From: Cyanophyceae cyanobacterium
GTDB taxonomy: Bacteria > Cyanobacteriota > Cyanobacteriia > Cyanobacteriales > JBHJGN01
Assembly: GCA_050331735.1 (NCBI GenBank)
Contig: JBHJGN010000015.1
Coordinates: 1 to 64,000 of the forward strand
Direction: 5' to 3'
DNA: 64,000 nucleotides
Shown here: positions 48,278-58,263 of the stretch, piece after piece
How the letters are laid out: each line of letters starts with the position of its first letter
Numbering within the stretch: position 1 is the stretch's first letter
Program-made: the position numbers and the translations under genes
The notes under the pieces: generated by a model
Databases searched by the model: none
What the model saw: only the letters and a program-made list of their open reading frames with translations
Told to the model about the DNA's origin: nothing

Positions 48278-49420
48278 ATGCCAGATTTCAAAGAAGCATC
48301 GAATACAGCGTTCGATCGTCAGATGATGCAGCGGTGTCTTCAGCTCGCTCGTCGGGCGCTCGGGCAAACTTCACCAAATCCGCTGGTAGGAGCGGTGATT
48401 GTTCGTGATGGCGAAATCGTTGGCGAAGGATTCCATCCTGGTGCTGGACAGCCCCATGCGGAAGTGTTTGCCCTCAGAGAAGCCGGGGAACAGGCGAAGG
48501 AGGCTACAGCCTACGTTAGCTTAGAACCTTGCAATCATTTCGGACGGACGCCGCCCTGTTCAGAAGCGCTGGTTGCGGCTGGAGTGGCTAAGGTGGTGGT
48601 TGGCATGGTCGATCCCGATCCCCGCGTCTCTGGAGGCGGGATTGAACGACTGCGGAGTGCCGGGATTGAAGTGGTTGTTGGGGTAGAAGAAGCAGCCTGT
48701 CGTCAGCTCAATGAAGCTTTTATTCATCGCGTTCTTTACCAGCGTCCCTTTGGAATTTTGAAGTATGCTATGACCCTAGACGGCAAAATTGCCACCCAAA
48801 AGAGTCATAGTGCCTGGATCACTGGAGTTGCCGCCCGTCGCCAGGTCCATCAGCTTCGAGCGGCCTGCGATGCGGTGATCGTTGGCGGCAATACCGTTCG
48901 TCAAGACAACCCCCGCCTCACCAGTCATCAGGCTGGAGCGCACAATCCCTTACGGGTGGTGATGAGTCGCACGTTAGAGTTACCGCTGGAGTCCCATCTC
49001 TGGCAAACTGAGGAAGCGCCTACGTTAGTTCTGACTCAAAAAGGAGCTAATTTGCCGCTGCAAGAGCAGCTCCGGCATAACAAAGTCGAGGTTGTTGAGC
49101 TATTGACCCTGACGCCAACAGCGGCCTTGGCTCATCTCTACGAGCGCCAGTTGAATAGCGTCCTGTGGGAATGTGGCGGAGTGCTGGCTGCCAGGGCGAT
49201 CGCTGAAGGAGCTATCCAAAAGGTGGCTGCATTTGTTGCTCCTAAAATTATTGGAGGCCAAGGCGCTCCTTCCCCGGTTGGCGATTTAGGATTAGGTAGA
49301 ATGACCGATGCTTTGGAGCTGGAAAAAGTATCGCTGCGCTTGGTAGAATCTGATTTCTTAGTGGAGGGATATTTGCCTGCTCAGGCGTGGTTATCGAAGC
49401 TGGGGGGGCTAGATAGATAG
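48278..49420 (+). CDS. ribD: Riboflavin biosynthesis deaminase/reductase
   Basis: TSPNPLVG, HAE, LEPCNHFGRTPPC, TLDGKIA, ECGG. Confidence 0.96.
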   Translation: MPDFKEASNTAFDRQMMQRCLQLARRALGQTSPNPLVGAVIVRDGEIVGEGFHPGAGQPHAEVFALREAGEQAKEATAYVSLEPCNHFGRTPPCSEALVAAGVAKVVVGMVDPDPRVSGGGIERLRSAGIEVVVGVEEAACRQLNEAFIHRVLYQRPFGILKYAMTLDGKIATQKSHSAWITGVAARRQVHQLRAACDAVIVGGNTVRQDNPRLTSHQAGAHNPLRVVMSRTLELPLESHLWQTEEAPTLVLTQKGANLPLQEQLRHNKVEVVELLTLTPTAALAHLYERQLNSVLWECGGVLAARAIAEGAIQKVAAFVAPKIIGGQGAPSPVGDLGLGRMTDALELEKVSLRLVESDFLVEGYLPAQAWLSKLGGLDR

Positions 49421-49455
49421 AGCTCAGGGAACGTGGCCCTTTCTGGCAGTTACAC

Positions 49456-49492
49456 AGAGAGGGTTTAACGCTTTGAGCATCAAACCCTCTCT
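49456..49492. terminator. Hairpin between convergent genes
   Basis: AGAGAGGGTTT...AAACCCTCTCT inverted repeat. Confidence 0.65.
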
Positions 49493-49515
49493 ATCGAGTA
49501 CTGCTAGCATACTTA

Positions 49516-49752
49516 TCAATTGGTGAAGTTTTCTGCTGAGCGCTTACTCATTTTGTCTAAACCAAAAGGGATCGACATAATTAATAGCTTGATTACCCAA
49601 GGAGCTAGAAACAGAGTTGTTAGGGAAGCGAGTAAGGCAGCAAAGGCCATCGCAACTTTAACAACTTCTTCTTGAGAAATGACGCTTAGACAAGCAGTAA
49701 CTGTTGCAATCGCAAAGGATACTAAAGAAAGAAATAGCATCGTCAGGAACAC
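49516..49752 (-). CDS. Small hydrophobic membrane protein of unknown function
   Basis: 2-3 TM segments; directly downstream of a riboswitch. Confidence 0.75.
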   Translation of the reverse strand: MFLTMLFLSLVSFAIATVTACLSVISQEEVVKVAMAFAALLASLTTLFLAPWVIKLLIMSIPFGLDKMSKRSAENFTN

Positions 49753-49772
49753 CTTTTCTATAAAGACGTTAG

Positions 49773-49846
49773 ATGCGTTCCTTCGGTTTATTGGACCTAC
49801 TTCCGTCTTTCCTCTGTCTTAATCAGTCAGTGAAAAGATGAACGAC
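49773..49846 (-). ncRNA. Glutamine riboswitch (glnA motif, glutamine-I)
   Basis: CGTTCATCTTTTC...GAAAGACGGAAGTAGGT-CCAATAA-ACCGAAGGAACGC: P1 CGTTC/GAACG, P2, E-loop GGAAGTA/GAAG, P3. Confidence 0.85.
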
Positions 49847-49867
49847 GTGTATTTTGTATACTTATAT

Positions 49868-49897
49868 AAACTATATAACTTCCCGTGAGTCTGTCAA
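49868..49897 (-). promoter_or_regulatory. Sigma70-type promoter for the riboswitch transcript
   Basis: TTGACA followed 16/18 nt later by TATAGT/TAGTTT. Confidence 0.6.
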
Positions 49898-50065
49898 GCT
49901 CTGCGTCAAAGTTTGTTGACGAAAACAGTGCCCCTGGTTAAGGGGCGAGCACTCACTATTGCCTTGCTGTCAAGCTCCTATGTCTTAACCGTTAGCTTGT
50001 GGACTTCGGCTAACAGCGATTGAAGTGAATCGCCTATTCACAATGTCTAACCAAGACCGACAATT

Positions 50066-50680
50066 CTATACCGCCGGATCGCGATCGAGAATAACAATGT
50101 GGCGATCGCTTCCTAAAGCAATCAGTTCCCGACGCTGGAACTCTCCTAATAACCGCGTCACCGTGACTCTAGTTGTCCCAATTGCGTTAGCAATATTTTG
50201 GTGAGTAAAGCGAACGGCTAAGCGAGTCCCTCCAGAAATAGGCTCTCCCATTTCCTGTTTGAGCAATAGCAACAGTTCGTGTAGCCTCTCCTCTACCCGG
50301 CGCAAACCAGCAATCGACAATAAAGCTTCTGTCTGTCTCACGCGACGCACTACTCCCCCCAGTATCGTTTGAGCAAGCTGAGCAGATGTTTCAATTTCGC
50401 CCAAAGAGTACCAGCGCAAATAAACATCCGATAGAGCTTTCGCCTGATAAGGCTCAACGCGAGTTAGCCAAGTTCCAAAGAAGGTTGCTGGTTTGGCCCA
50501 TCCAAGCAGTAGTTCCTCGCCGCTGTGATGAATTTTACTGAGTTGGACAACGCCGCGATAAACCTGCCAAACCCCCTGTGCTACTAATGGAATTTCATCT
50601 CCCTTGTCATAGAAGTGAAGCCTTCTTCCTTCCCCGTACTCTTGAGCTTTTTCGAGCTTCCCTTTGTCGGTTACAAGCAT
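50066..50680 (-). CDS. Crp/Fnr-family transcriptional regulator
   Basis: cNMP-like N-domain; THQNIANAIGTTRVTVTRLL HTH. Confidence 0.92.
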   Translation of the reverse strand: MLVTDKGKLEKAQEYGEGRRLHFYDKGDEIPLVAQGVWQVYRGVVQLSKIHHSGEELLLGWAKPATFFGTWLTRVEPYQAKALSDVYLRWYSLGEIETSAQLAQTILGGVVRRVRQTEALLSIAGLRRVEERLHELLLLLKQEMGEPISGGTRLAVRFTHQNIANAIGTTRVTVTRLLGEFQRRELIALGSDRHIVILDRDPAV

Positions 50681-51026
50681 TTATTTTGTCAGCCGATTGG
50701 CTTAGAGAAAGTGCCTTTTACGTCAAAGGCTATCCGCTTTAGGTAAACATTCGGTAATCGTCTGATTAAATTACAGCTAATTTCCCATAAAGTATGACCA
50801 GGGGCATCTTTTAAACCTCTCTCTCATGGGTTGAAGAACCCTTTGTCGAATGCATGCATGCAATAGCCTGTCAATTATACAGTTTTGATTCAAGTCATTC
50901 CGCAATTTCCGCTATTTACACACCTTTCTTCGCGGCTTATCTTGTAAACAAAGCATATTCTATGGAATATCAGCCCATTCCTAGCCACTTGCAGTTTTTT
51001 CTCAGGGATGCAATTAGGAGCCAAAT

Positions 51027-53147
51027 ATGGATTTTTTAGTTTACGAACCTTTTAATAATAACGAAGCACAGAAAAAAGTTTGGGGTTGGCTACAGGATGC
51101 ATTTAAAGATGAAGCAGGCATCGCGTATTACCGCTATCCGATTTTTGCCGCTGGCATCAATCGAGAACCTGATATTCTCATGCTGCATCGCCAGCTAGGT
51201 GTGTGGGTGATTGATTGCCAGGAATACGCTATTGACAGTATAGCCACTATTGAAGGGGATGAATGGCAAATGAACGACTGGCAACGGGAAACCGAAACGC
51301 CAGTGGTTCAGGCAGAAGATAAATTGTTTGCTGTTCAAAGTAAGCTGACAGGACGCCGAGAAACTCGTGGTTTGCTTGATTCTCTTCATTTTCGAGTTGC
51401 CCTTCCTCACATTGAACGACATCAGTGGGAAACCCGAGGATTTCATCAACGACCAGCGACTCACCGTTGTGATGTGCCAGTTATTTTAGTCTCTGAAGAT
51501 TTAACCCCAGAAGCGTTAAGAAGAAAGTTAATCGAAGCTTCAGGCGATCGCCAACAAGAATTGAGCGATCGCGAGTGGGAACTGATTGCAGGAGTTTTCG
51601 GAGGAACGCTACCGGCATCGCCTCGCCATATTCCTACAGGAACGCCTCTCAATCACCCTGCTAGAGTGATTCAAGCCATTGAATCTCAACTGAAGATTTT
51701 GGATGAAACTCAACAGCAAATCGCCTTTGAAGTTCCCGATGGCCCACAACGCCTGCGGGGGTTAGCCGGAACAGGCAAAACTGTTCTTCTGGCAAAACGC
51801 GCTGCTAAGATACACGCCTCTCATCCAGACTGGACGATTGCTTTAGTCTTCTTTACGCGCTCTCTCTACGATCAAATCCTTAAGTTAATCGCTCATTTTT
51901 ACCGAGAGATGACTAGCGAGGAACCCGATTGGACAAAACTCAGGGTTTTACATGCTTGGGGGGGCAGAGAACAGCCGGGTTTTTACTATAGCTTAGCAAT
52001 GAAGTGTGGACACACACCTCAAACCGTTGGTGACGTGACCTCGGCTATTGGTCCAGTATCACCCGGAAAAGCATTTGAGTCTATCTGCCAGCGCCTCGAA
52101 GAAAGCCCTGTGCCTGCTATTTACGATGCTGTTTTGATTGATGAAGGTCAAGATTTACCGCCTGTATTCTACAGACTCGCTTACAAAACCCTCAAAGAAC
52201 CTCGACGACTGTACTGGGCCTACGATGAAGCGCAAGGAATCGGTTCATTGATGATTCCCACCTCAGAAACTCTCTTTGGCAGAAATGCAGACGGCAGTTT
52301 AGGAGTGGACGTTCGCGGTAGCTACGAAGGAGGAATTTTAAAAAGCCATATCTTGAATCAGTGCTACCGATCTCCCCGTTCCTTGCTGATGGCTGCTCAT
52401 GCGGTCAATATGGGACTGTTTAGAAGAGGAGGGGCTTTGCAGGGAGTTACCAATCAAAAAGACTGGCAAGATTTAGGCTATGCGGTGACGGACGGTGATT
52501 TTAAATCAGAAAGCGTCAAGGCTGGCAGAACGGTGACGGTAACGCGATCGCTCTCCGCCAGTCCTCATCCGGTGGATCGAGAAGACTTCGACCTTAAAGA
52601 TGCCCTGGGAACTCTCCTGACGATTCACCCTGTCTGGACTGAACGCGAAGAAAGAGAGTGGATAGCCAAGCAAGTGGCTCAAGATTTAGCTCAAGGACTT
52701 GACCCTTGGGACATCATGATTACAGCACTCGCTGGCGACTACGAAAAAGATTATCTCTACGAACTGCAAAACGCTCTCAAAGAGCAAGGAATCGACAGCT
52801 ACATTGCCGGGGTTAATGGCGATCGCAGTATTTTCCGCAAAGCAGGACACGTCACGATTGCGAATGTTTATCGCGCTAAAGGCAACGAAGCGTGGAAAGT
52901 TTATGCCTGCCGGTTTCATTATGCCACTCAGCCGCTAGAGTGGAAACAGGAAAATGAGCTGCACAAACGCAATGAAGCTTTTGTCGCCCTAACGCGATCG
53001 CGGGTTTGGTGCGTCGTCACCGGAATCGACAGCCCGATTTTTGCTGAACTACAGCAGGCACTTGAGCAGTATCCTCACTTTACTTTCCCGGCTTTTAATC
53101 GAGCATCTTTAAAACGGCATATGGAAGAAGCAGAGCCTGACAGTTAA
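51027..53147 (+). CDS. NERD-like domain + superfamily I (UvrD-like) helicase
   Basis: REPDIL; GLAGTGKT; LIDEGQD; YDEAQ; CYRSP; RAKGNE; FVALTRS. Confidence 0.85.
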   Translation: MDFLVYEPFNNNEAQKKVWGWLQDAFKDEAGIAYYRYPIFAAGINREPDILMLHRQLGVWVIDCQEYAIDSIATIEGDEWQMNDWQRETETPVVQAEDKLFAVQSKLTGRRETRGLLDSLHFRVALPHIERHQWETRGFHQRPATHRCDVPVILVSEDLTPEALRRKLIEASGDRQQELSDREWELIAGVFGGTLPASPRHIPTGTPLNHPARVIQAIESQLKILDETQQQIAFEVPDGPQRLRGLAGTGKTVLLAKRAAKIHASHPDWTIALVFFTRSLYDQILKLIAHFYREMTSEEPDWTKLRVLHAWGGREQPGFYYSLAMKCGHTPQTVGDVTSAIGPVSPGKAFESICQRLEESPVPAIYDAVLIDEGQDLPPVFYRLAYKTLKEPRRLYWAYDEAQGIGSLMIPTSETLFGRNADGSLGVDVRGSYEGGILKSHILNQCYRSPRSLLMAAHAVNMGLFRRGGALQGVTNQKDWQDLGYAVTDGDFKSESVKAGRTVTVTRSLSASPHPVDREDFDLKDALGTLLTIHPVWTEREEREWIAKQVAQDLAQGLDPWDIMITALAGDYEKDYLYELQNALKEQGIDSYIAGVNGDRSIFRKAGHVTIANVYRAKGNEAWKVYACRFHYATQPLEWKQENELHKRNEAFVALTRSRVWCVVTGIDSPIFAELQQALEQYPHFTFPAFNRASLKRHMEEAEPDS

Positions 53148-53155
53148 ATGGACAA

Positions 53156-54310
53156 TCACGAACAAAACTCTTCTAAAAATGTTGTTGCAATTAACGGTAA
53201 TACAAAACAGACAATAGCCGCTTCTGAAGTAAGTGCGTGACTAAATGTAGCCAGTAGTATAGCTAAACCCGCCATTGCTATGCGCCCGAACGCTCTCTGT
53301 AAAGGTAAAGCAGACGAGCGAACAGAATGTACTAGGGTCATCCCGAATAAAGCTGTCGCTGCCCCATAAAATAGGGGGAGAGGAACTCGTGCAGAGAAAG
53401 TCTGTTCGGTTGCAGAAGAAATTGCCAATTCTATCCCTACACCAGTTGCCGCGATTCCGGCAAAGATGGCGATATGTCCGTAGCCGTAAATGAAGCTTTT
53501 GAATAGCTCCTTGTTATTACTCCGCAAAGCCCGATCGACATTTGTCCGATCGAGATCGCTAAAATAAAGCCACCAGAAGCAGACGGCGATCGCAAACCCG
53601 TTAATCGCGGTAAAAATAGTCGATAGCTGCCAGTTGGTATCGGCAACCCCTGTGGCGACAGCAGCCACCGTTTCTCCCAAAACAATCATCGTAAACTGTC
53701 CCAAGCGATAGGGCAGATGAGAACCGTGAACGGGCGTATTAGCAACCGATAGATAAGCCACTAAAGGAGTCGCAATTTCAACGGCTAGCGCCAAACCCCA
53801 CAGAGTAAAACGGGCAGGGGGTTCGACAAACAAAGATGAAAGCCATAAAGCAGCACCGGCACTAAAGCCTGTGATGAAGCGATTACACAGCTTTTTAGTC
53901 TTGTCAACATCTCGACGCGCCCAAACATAGAGGCTAATTAGTAATCCCTGTAGCACTGTATAACATGCCGCAAAACTAAACGACGTTGTGGTTAGAGCAT
54001 CGCGAGTATTCAACGCCAAAGCTAGCACGACCAGCATGGCAATTAACAAAATCACTCTAAAATAAGTTTTGTCGTTCGTGTCAAACAGATCGAAGAAGTA
54101 GCTAAACCCCGTCCAAGCCCACCAAATCGGAATAAATAACGCGGCGTACTTAATCAAGTCTGCCGTACCTAAATGCTGATGGAGATAGCGAGCGAGTTGC
54201 GTTACCGTGACGGCAAAGACGAGATCGAAAAAAACCTCTAGCCAGGTTGCCTGTCTTTGGTTTCCTGGCTGGTTGGGGGTAAAGGCGTTAAGAGAATCCT
54301 CGGACGACAT
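53156..54310 (-). CDS. Low temperature requirement protein A (LtrA) family membrane protein
   Basis: ATWLEVFFDLVFA, WWAW, RLGQFTMIVLGE, WWLYF. Confidence 0.9.
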   Translation of the reverse strand: MSSEDSLNAFTPNQPGNQRQATWLEVFFDLVFAVTVTQLARYLHQHLGTADLIKYAALFIPIWWAWTGFSYFFDLFDTNDKTYFRVILLIAMLVVLALALNTRDALTTTSFSFAACYTVLQGLLISLYVWARRDVDKTKKLCNRFITGFSAGAALWLSSLFVEPPARFTLWGLALAVEIATPLVAYLSVANTPVHGSHLPYRLGQFTMIVLGETVAAVATGVADTNWQLSTIFTAINGFAIAVCFWWLYFSDLDRTNVDRALRSNNKELFKSFIYGYGHIAIFAGIAATGVGIELAISSATEQTFSARVPLPLFYGAATALFGMTLVHSVRSSALPLQRAFGRIAMAGLAILLATFSHALTSEAAIVCFVLPLIATTFLEEFCS

Positions 54311-54362
54311 AAACCATTTTCTTGAGATGCTGCTACACAGATTGACTGGAGGCAAGGGCTAG

Positions 54363-55076
54363 CTATATGAGCAGATTACCACCATTTACTTCCAGCACTG
54401 CACCCGTGATAAACGATTGAGTCATCAGAAACACAGCAGCGCTTCCAATATCTTCGGGTTGGCCAATTCGTCCGGCGGGAACTTGAGCCGCTTGCTGAAG
54501 AAATTCCTCCCGTTCGTCTTCTGGCATGAAGTCCCATAGAGAGGTGTCAATCGCCCCCGGAAGAACTACGTTAAACCGAAGCGGTGCTAGCTCCACCGCC
54601 AGCGCTTTCGCCAGTCCTTCGACAGCACACTGACTCGCAGTAACAATGCTGGCGCCTGGTTGAGGTCTACGGCTGAGACCACCAGTAATAAAGGTAATGG
54701 AGCCGCGTTCAGACATCTTTGGAGCGGCATAGTACGCGCAAGTGTAAGACCCCCAGAACTTACCTTCCATGTATTGGCGAGCAGAGTCAATGGAGTCAAG
54801 AAATTTTCCTCTCGAACCAGGTGCAGCCGTGATGAATAGATGATCGAGCTGTCCGACTTCCTCAAACAGTTGGCGAATCGAGTTGCGGTCAAGAATATCA
54901 AGCTGTAGTGCTTTAGCGTGCCCGTTGATTTGCTCTAGAGCTTTGTCTAGCTTGTCTTGGGAGTGACTAGCAATAACTACCGTTGCGCCTTCTGCTGCTG
55001 CTGCTTGCGCAGCTCCCAAGCCCATGCCGCTACTGCCACCGATGATGACTACTGTTTGTCCCTGTAGTTTATTCAC
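54363..55076 (-). CDS. SDR-family oxidoreductase
   Basis: GGSSGMG, ALAVELAPLRFNVV.PG, GRIGQPEDI, ITG. Confidence 0.9.
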   Translation of the reverse strand: MNKLQGQTVVIIGGSSGMGLGAAQAAAAEGATVVIASHSQDKLDKALEQINGHAKALQLDILDRNSIRQLFEEVGQLDHLFITAAPGSRGKFLDSIDSARQYMEGKFWGSYTCAYYAAPKMSERGSITFITGGLSRRPQPGASIVTASQCAVEGLAKALAVELAPLRFNVVLPGAIDTSLWDFMPEDEREEFLQQAAQVPAGRIGQPEDIGSAAVFLMTQSFITGAVLEVNGGNLLI

Positions 55077-55077
55077 A

Positions 55078-55755
55078 TCAAGCTCCCGGCTGTCGTCCTC
55101 CTAGTCTTTGCCTGTCTGCTTCTGGAAGCTGACGAACAGAAATTGTGGCATAGGATCCTAGTCCAATACCGCCGATCGCAAAGCGAATAAAGTCTCCTAG
55201 GGCTTCAACCATCCGAGCATTTCGCAGCCCTCCGCAGTCGAGAGGAGAGAAACCAATTTCCTCAGCTAAAGTCATCACCGTTTGCTTCGCTTGCTTATTG
55301 TCGCCGCAGACGAAACAAGAAACGTCGTAATCTTTGAGCGGTTCTGGGCTGAGTTCAAACACTTCCTGCGCCATTGTATTAAAGGCTTTCACTGTGTATG
55401 CATCCGGTATATCTGCCGCTAGCTTCTCGGCTAGAGATTCTTCCATCATCGAATCGAAGGCGTAGTTTTTCGGTATTTCTCGGTTGTTGCAGTCAATAAC
55501 TACCTTACCCGATAGAAATTGAGGGTTAGATAAAACTTGAGAAGGCATTACGCCTCGTACCGAATAAAAAATTACCTCTCCAAAAATGGCTGCCTCATCG
55601 TCAGAGCCACCCTTAGCTCCGTGTCCGGCAAATTCAGCAACGGACTGACCCTTTTCAGCCTCGCGGGAGCCGAAAAACACGTCATGTCCCTGTTCTGCCC
55701 ACAAGATCCCTAACGCTCTTGCCATATTTCCTGTCCCAATTGTGCTGATTTTCAT
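55078..55755 (-). CDS. NADPH-dependent F420 reductase-like oxidoreductase
   Basis: IGTGNMA, FGSR, VIDCNN, VKAFNT, CGD, GF.P.DCGGL..AR. Confidence 0.88.
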   Translation of the reverse strand: MKISTIGTGNMARALGILWAEQGHDVFFGSREAEKGQSVAEFAGHGAKGGSDDEAAIFGEVIFYSVRGVMPSQVLSNPQFLSGKVVIDCNNREIPKNYAFDSMMEESLAEKLAADIPDAYTVKAFNTMAQEVFELSPEPLKDYDVSCFVCGDNKQAKQTVMTLAEEIGFSPLDCGGLRNARMVEALGDFIRFAIGGIGLGSYATISVRQLPEADRQRLGGRQPGA

Positions 55756-55942
55756 AGAATAAACTCTCTAGGGAATCAAAATAAGCTATTAATTAACGAA
55801 CACTTTCTACAAGAAAATTTTGTCTCTCTTATCTGAGGTGTAGTAATCGCCCAGATTCTCCTTGGCAATAAGTTGGGTAAGGTTGAAGCTAAAGCGAGTT
55901 CAAACCCTTTTTGACAATCATTTTGTCAGCAGAGACAGCGCT

Positions 55943-56659
55943 TTAAACTGGCTGATTTCTAGGAACGACTAACAGCCTGGGAACTAATACATCCTCCGGC
56001 TGCTCCAATACATAGCGAACGCAGCGAGCAATATCCTCTGGCTTGAGCGCACCGCCCGCTTTAATTTGAGATTCACTGTCTTCATCCCAGCTATCATACA
56101 GTCCCGTGTCTACTGTTCCGGGTTCAATTGCCGCTACTTTGATTCCCGTTCCTGCCAGTTCCATGCGCAGAGAATCGGTAAAGGCTTCGACAGCGTGTTT
56201 TGTGCCGCTGTAAGCCCCGTAAGTGGCAGCCGTTTTCAGTCCTGAAATACTAGAGGTATTGATTAAAAAGCCGCTCCCTGTTTTCTTGAAGTGCTTGAGT
56301 ACCGTGTAAGCCATGCGGTAAACTGACTCAACGTTGAGTCTTGCCATCAGACAGATCTTGTCGATGTCGATTTCTTCAATCGCACCGACGCTCATCATCC
56401 CGGCGTTGTTCACCAAGACATCTAGCTGACCAAAAGAGTCTAAGGCAAAATCAAGGAGCTTTTGGGCTGTATCAGGCTCGGTAATGCTGGCTGCATAGAC
56501 TTTGGCGTTTTGACAGGAATCAGCTAAATCTTGCAGCTTGCCTTCAGAACGAGCAGTAAGAATGAGCTTCATTCCGGCTTTATCTAGCTCATCGGCGATC
56601 GCCTTACCAATCCCACTACTGGCACCGGTAATGAGAGCGACTTTATCTTGCAAATCCAT
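55943..56659 (-). CDS. SDR-family oxidoreductase
   Basis: TGASSGIG, NNAG, YSGTK. Confidence 0.92.
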   Translation of the reverse strand: MDLQDKVALITGASSGIGKAIADELDKAGMKLILTARSEGKLQDLADSCQNAKVYAASITEPDTAQKLLDFALDSFGQLDVLVNNAGMMSVGAIEEIDIDKICLMARLNVESVYRMAYTVLKHFKKTGSGFLINTSSISGLKTAATYGAYSGTKHAVEAFTDSLRMELAGTGIKVAAIEPGTVDTGLYDSWDEDSESQIKAGGALKPEDIARCVRYVLEQPEDVLVPRLLVVPRNQPV

Positions 56660-56661
56660 GT

Positions 56662-58161
56662 TTATTCTCCTGATGACAGATCTATCCAAACCGTTTTAGT
56701 TTGCAGATAATATTGCAAGCTTTCTCGACCTAATTCCCGTCCGTAGCCACTCATCTTGTAGCCGCCGAAGGGACACGAAGGATCGAATTGACCGTAGGTA
56801 TTAACCCAGATGATACCAGCTTCGAGTTGAGCCGCTGCACGATGAACCTTGTTAAGATCTCTACTTTGAATTCCTGCTGCGAGTCCATACTGGCTGCTGT
56901 TAGCAATTTTAATAGCATCTTCAAAAGTGTCAAAAGGAATGATGACCAGGATTGGCCCAAAGGTTTCCTCTTGAGCAATGGTCATACTTTGTTCAACGTC
57001 AGCAAATACGGTTGGTTCAACAAAATAGCCTTTGCCAGTGCCAATATCGGCAGCCTTACCGCCAGTTACCAACCTTGCGCCATCTTTTTGCCCAATATCC
57101 ATGTAGCGCAGGACGTTATCGTACTCGCTTTTACTAGCGATAGGACCGACTTGAGTTTCTGAATCTAGAGGATCGCCCAGCTTCAGGCTCGCGGCTTTTT
57201 GCCTAACTTGCTCGATGACCTCATCGTAAACAGAACGCTCGACTAGCATTCGAGAACCAGCATAGCAGATCTCGCCTTTATTATCGAAAATACTGTAAAA
57301 AGCGAGATTGTTAATCTTTTTCAAGTCAGCATCGGCAAAAACGATATTGGCAGATTTTCCTCCCAGTTCCATCGTCAGATGCTTAACCGTATCGGCAGAA
57401 CTTTCGATCACGCGGACGCCGCTGCCAGTAGAGCCTGTAATTGCTACCTTTTCCACATTGGGATGGGTAGAAAGTAAGTTGCCAACTACGCTACCAGACC
57501 CCGTGACTAAATTGAAAACTCCGGTTGGTAACCCTGCTTCCTGCATAATTTCCGCCATCTTAACAGCGGATAGGGGAGTAGAGGAGGCTGGCTTGTGAAC
57601 GACGCAGTTGCCAGTAGCTAAGGCAGGAGCGAATTTTTGAGCTGCCAGAACGAGGGGAAAGTTAAATGGCGAAATGGCTCCGACTACTCCTAATGGCTCC
57701 TGTAATGTATATACATGGGCATTTCTAGCTGCTTGCTTAACAGAACCTTCAACGATCGACGCTAATCCGGCATAGTAATGGTAAAGAGAAGTCAGATGGG
57801 GAATATCAATCGCCATGCTTTCAGAATACAAGCGACCCATTTCTTTCGCCTGTAAAAAAGCTAATTCTTCACCGTATTTGGTAATTAGATCGCCAATTCT
57901 CCAAAGGTATTCTGCGCGATCGTGTCCGCTCATCTGTCGCCAAGGACCACCGTTAAAGGCGTGACTCGCTGCTTTGATGGCTGCCTCGGTGTCTTCTTCA
58001 TTAGCCTCAACGACTTGGGTTAAAATTTCTTCTGTCGTCGGGTCGATAACATTAGTTTTATTACCATCTCCTCCATCACGGAATTCGTTGTTGATAAACA
58101 GCTTTCCTGGTTTGATAGAAAAGTTAGGGCGCAAGCTTTTTGACTCTGTAGAAGACTGCAT
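56662..58161 (-). CDS. Aldehyde dehydrogenase
   Basis: PFNFP, TGS, ELGGKS, catalytic GEIC, EETFGP, PFGGYKMSG. Confidence 0.95.
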   Translation of the reverse strand: MQSSTESKSLRPNFSIKPGKLFINNEFRDGGDGNKTNVIDPTTEEILTQVVEANEEDTEAAIKAASHAFNGGPWRQMSGHDRAEYLWRIGDLITKYGEELAFLQAKEMGRLYSESMAIDIPHLTSLYHYYAGLASIVEGSVKQAARNAHVYTLQEPLGVVGAISPFNFPLVLAAQKFAPALATGNCVVHKPASSTPLSAVKMAEIMQEAGLPTGVFNLVTGSGSVVGNLLSTHPNVEKVAITGSTGSGVRVIESSADTVKHLTMELGGKSANIVFADADLKKINNLAFYSIFDNKGEICYAGSRMLVERSVYDEVIEQVRQKAASLKLGDPLDSETQVGPIASKSEYDNVLRYMDIGQKDGARLVTGGKAADIGTGKGYFVEPTVFADVEQSMTIAQEETFGPILVIIPFDTFEDAIKIANSSQYGLAAGIQSRDLNKVHRAAAQLEAGIIWVNTYGQFDPSCPFGGYKMSGYGRELGRESLQYYLQTKTVWIDLSSGE

Positions 58162-58235
58162 GAATAATCCTTCAGCCGAGTTATTCTTGACTGGATTTTG
58201 CAAGTAGTTCAAGCGACCATACCATTAGCGATGAA

Positions 58236-58255
58236 TAGTTACCAAACAGAAACTA
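58236..58255. promoter_or_regulatory. Candidate HxlR-family operator palindrome
   Basis: TAGTTAC-N6-GAAACTA (6/7 symmetric) in the divergent ALDH/regulator gap. Confidence 0.5.
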
Positions 58256-58263
58256 ATAAAAGG

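Noticed and set aside
49849..49861. NtcA site overlapping the riboswitch promoter
   Set aside because: Spacing is GTA-N7-TAC, not the canonical GTA-N8-TAC; suggestive only
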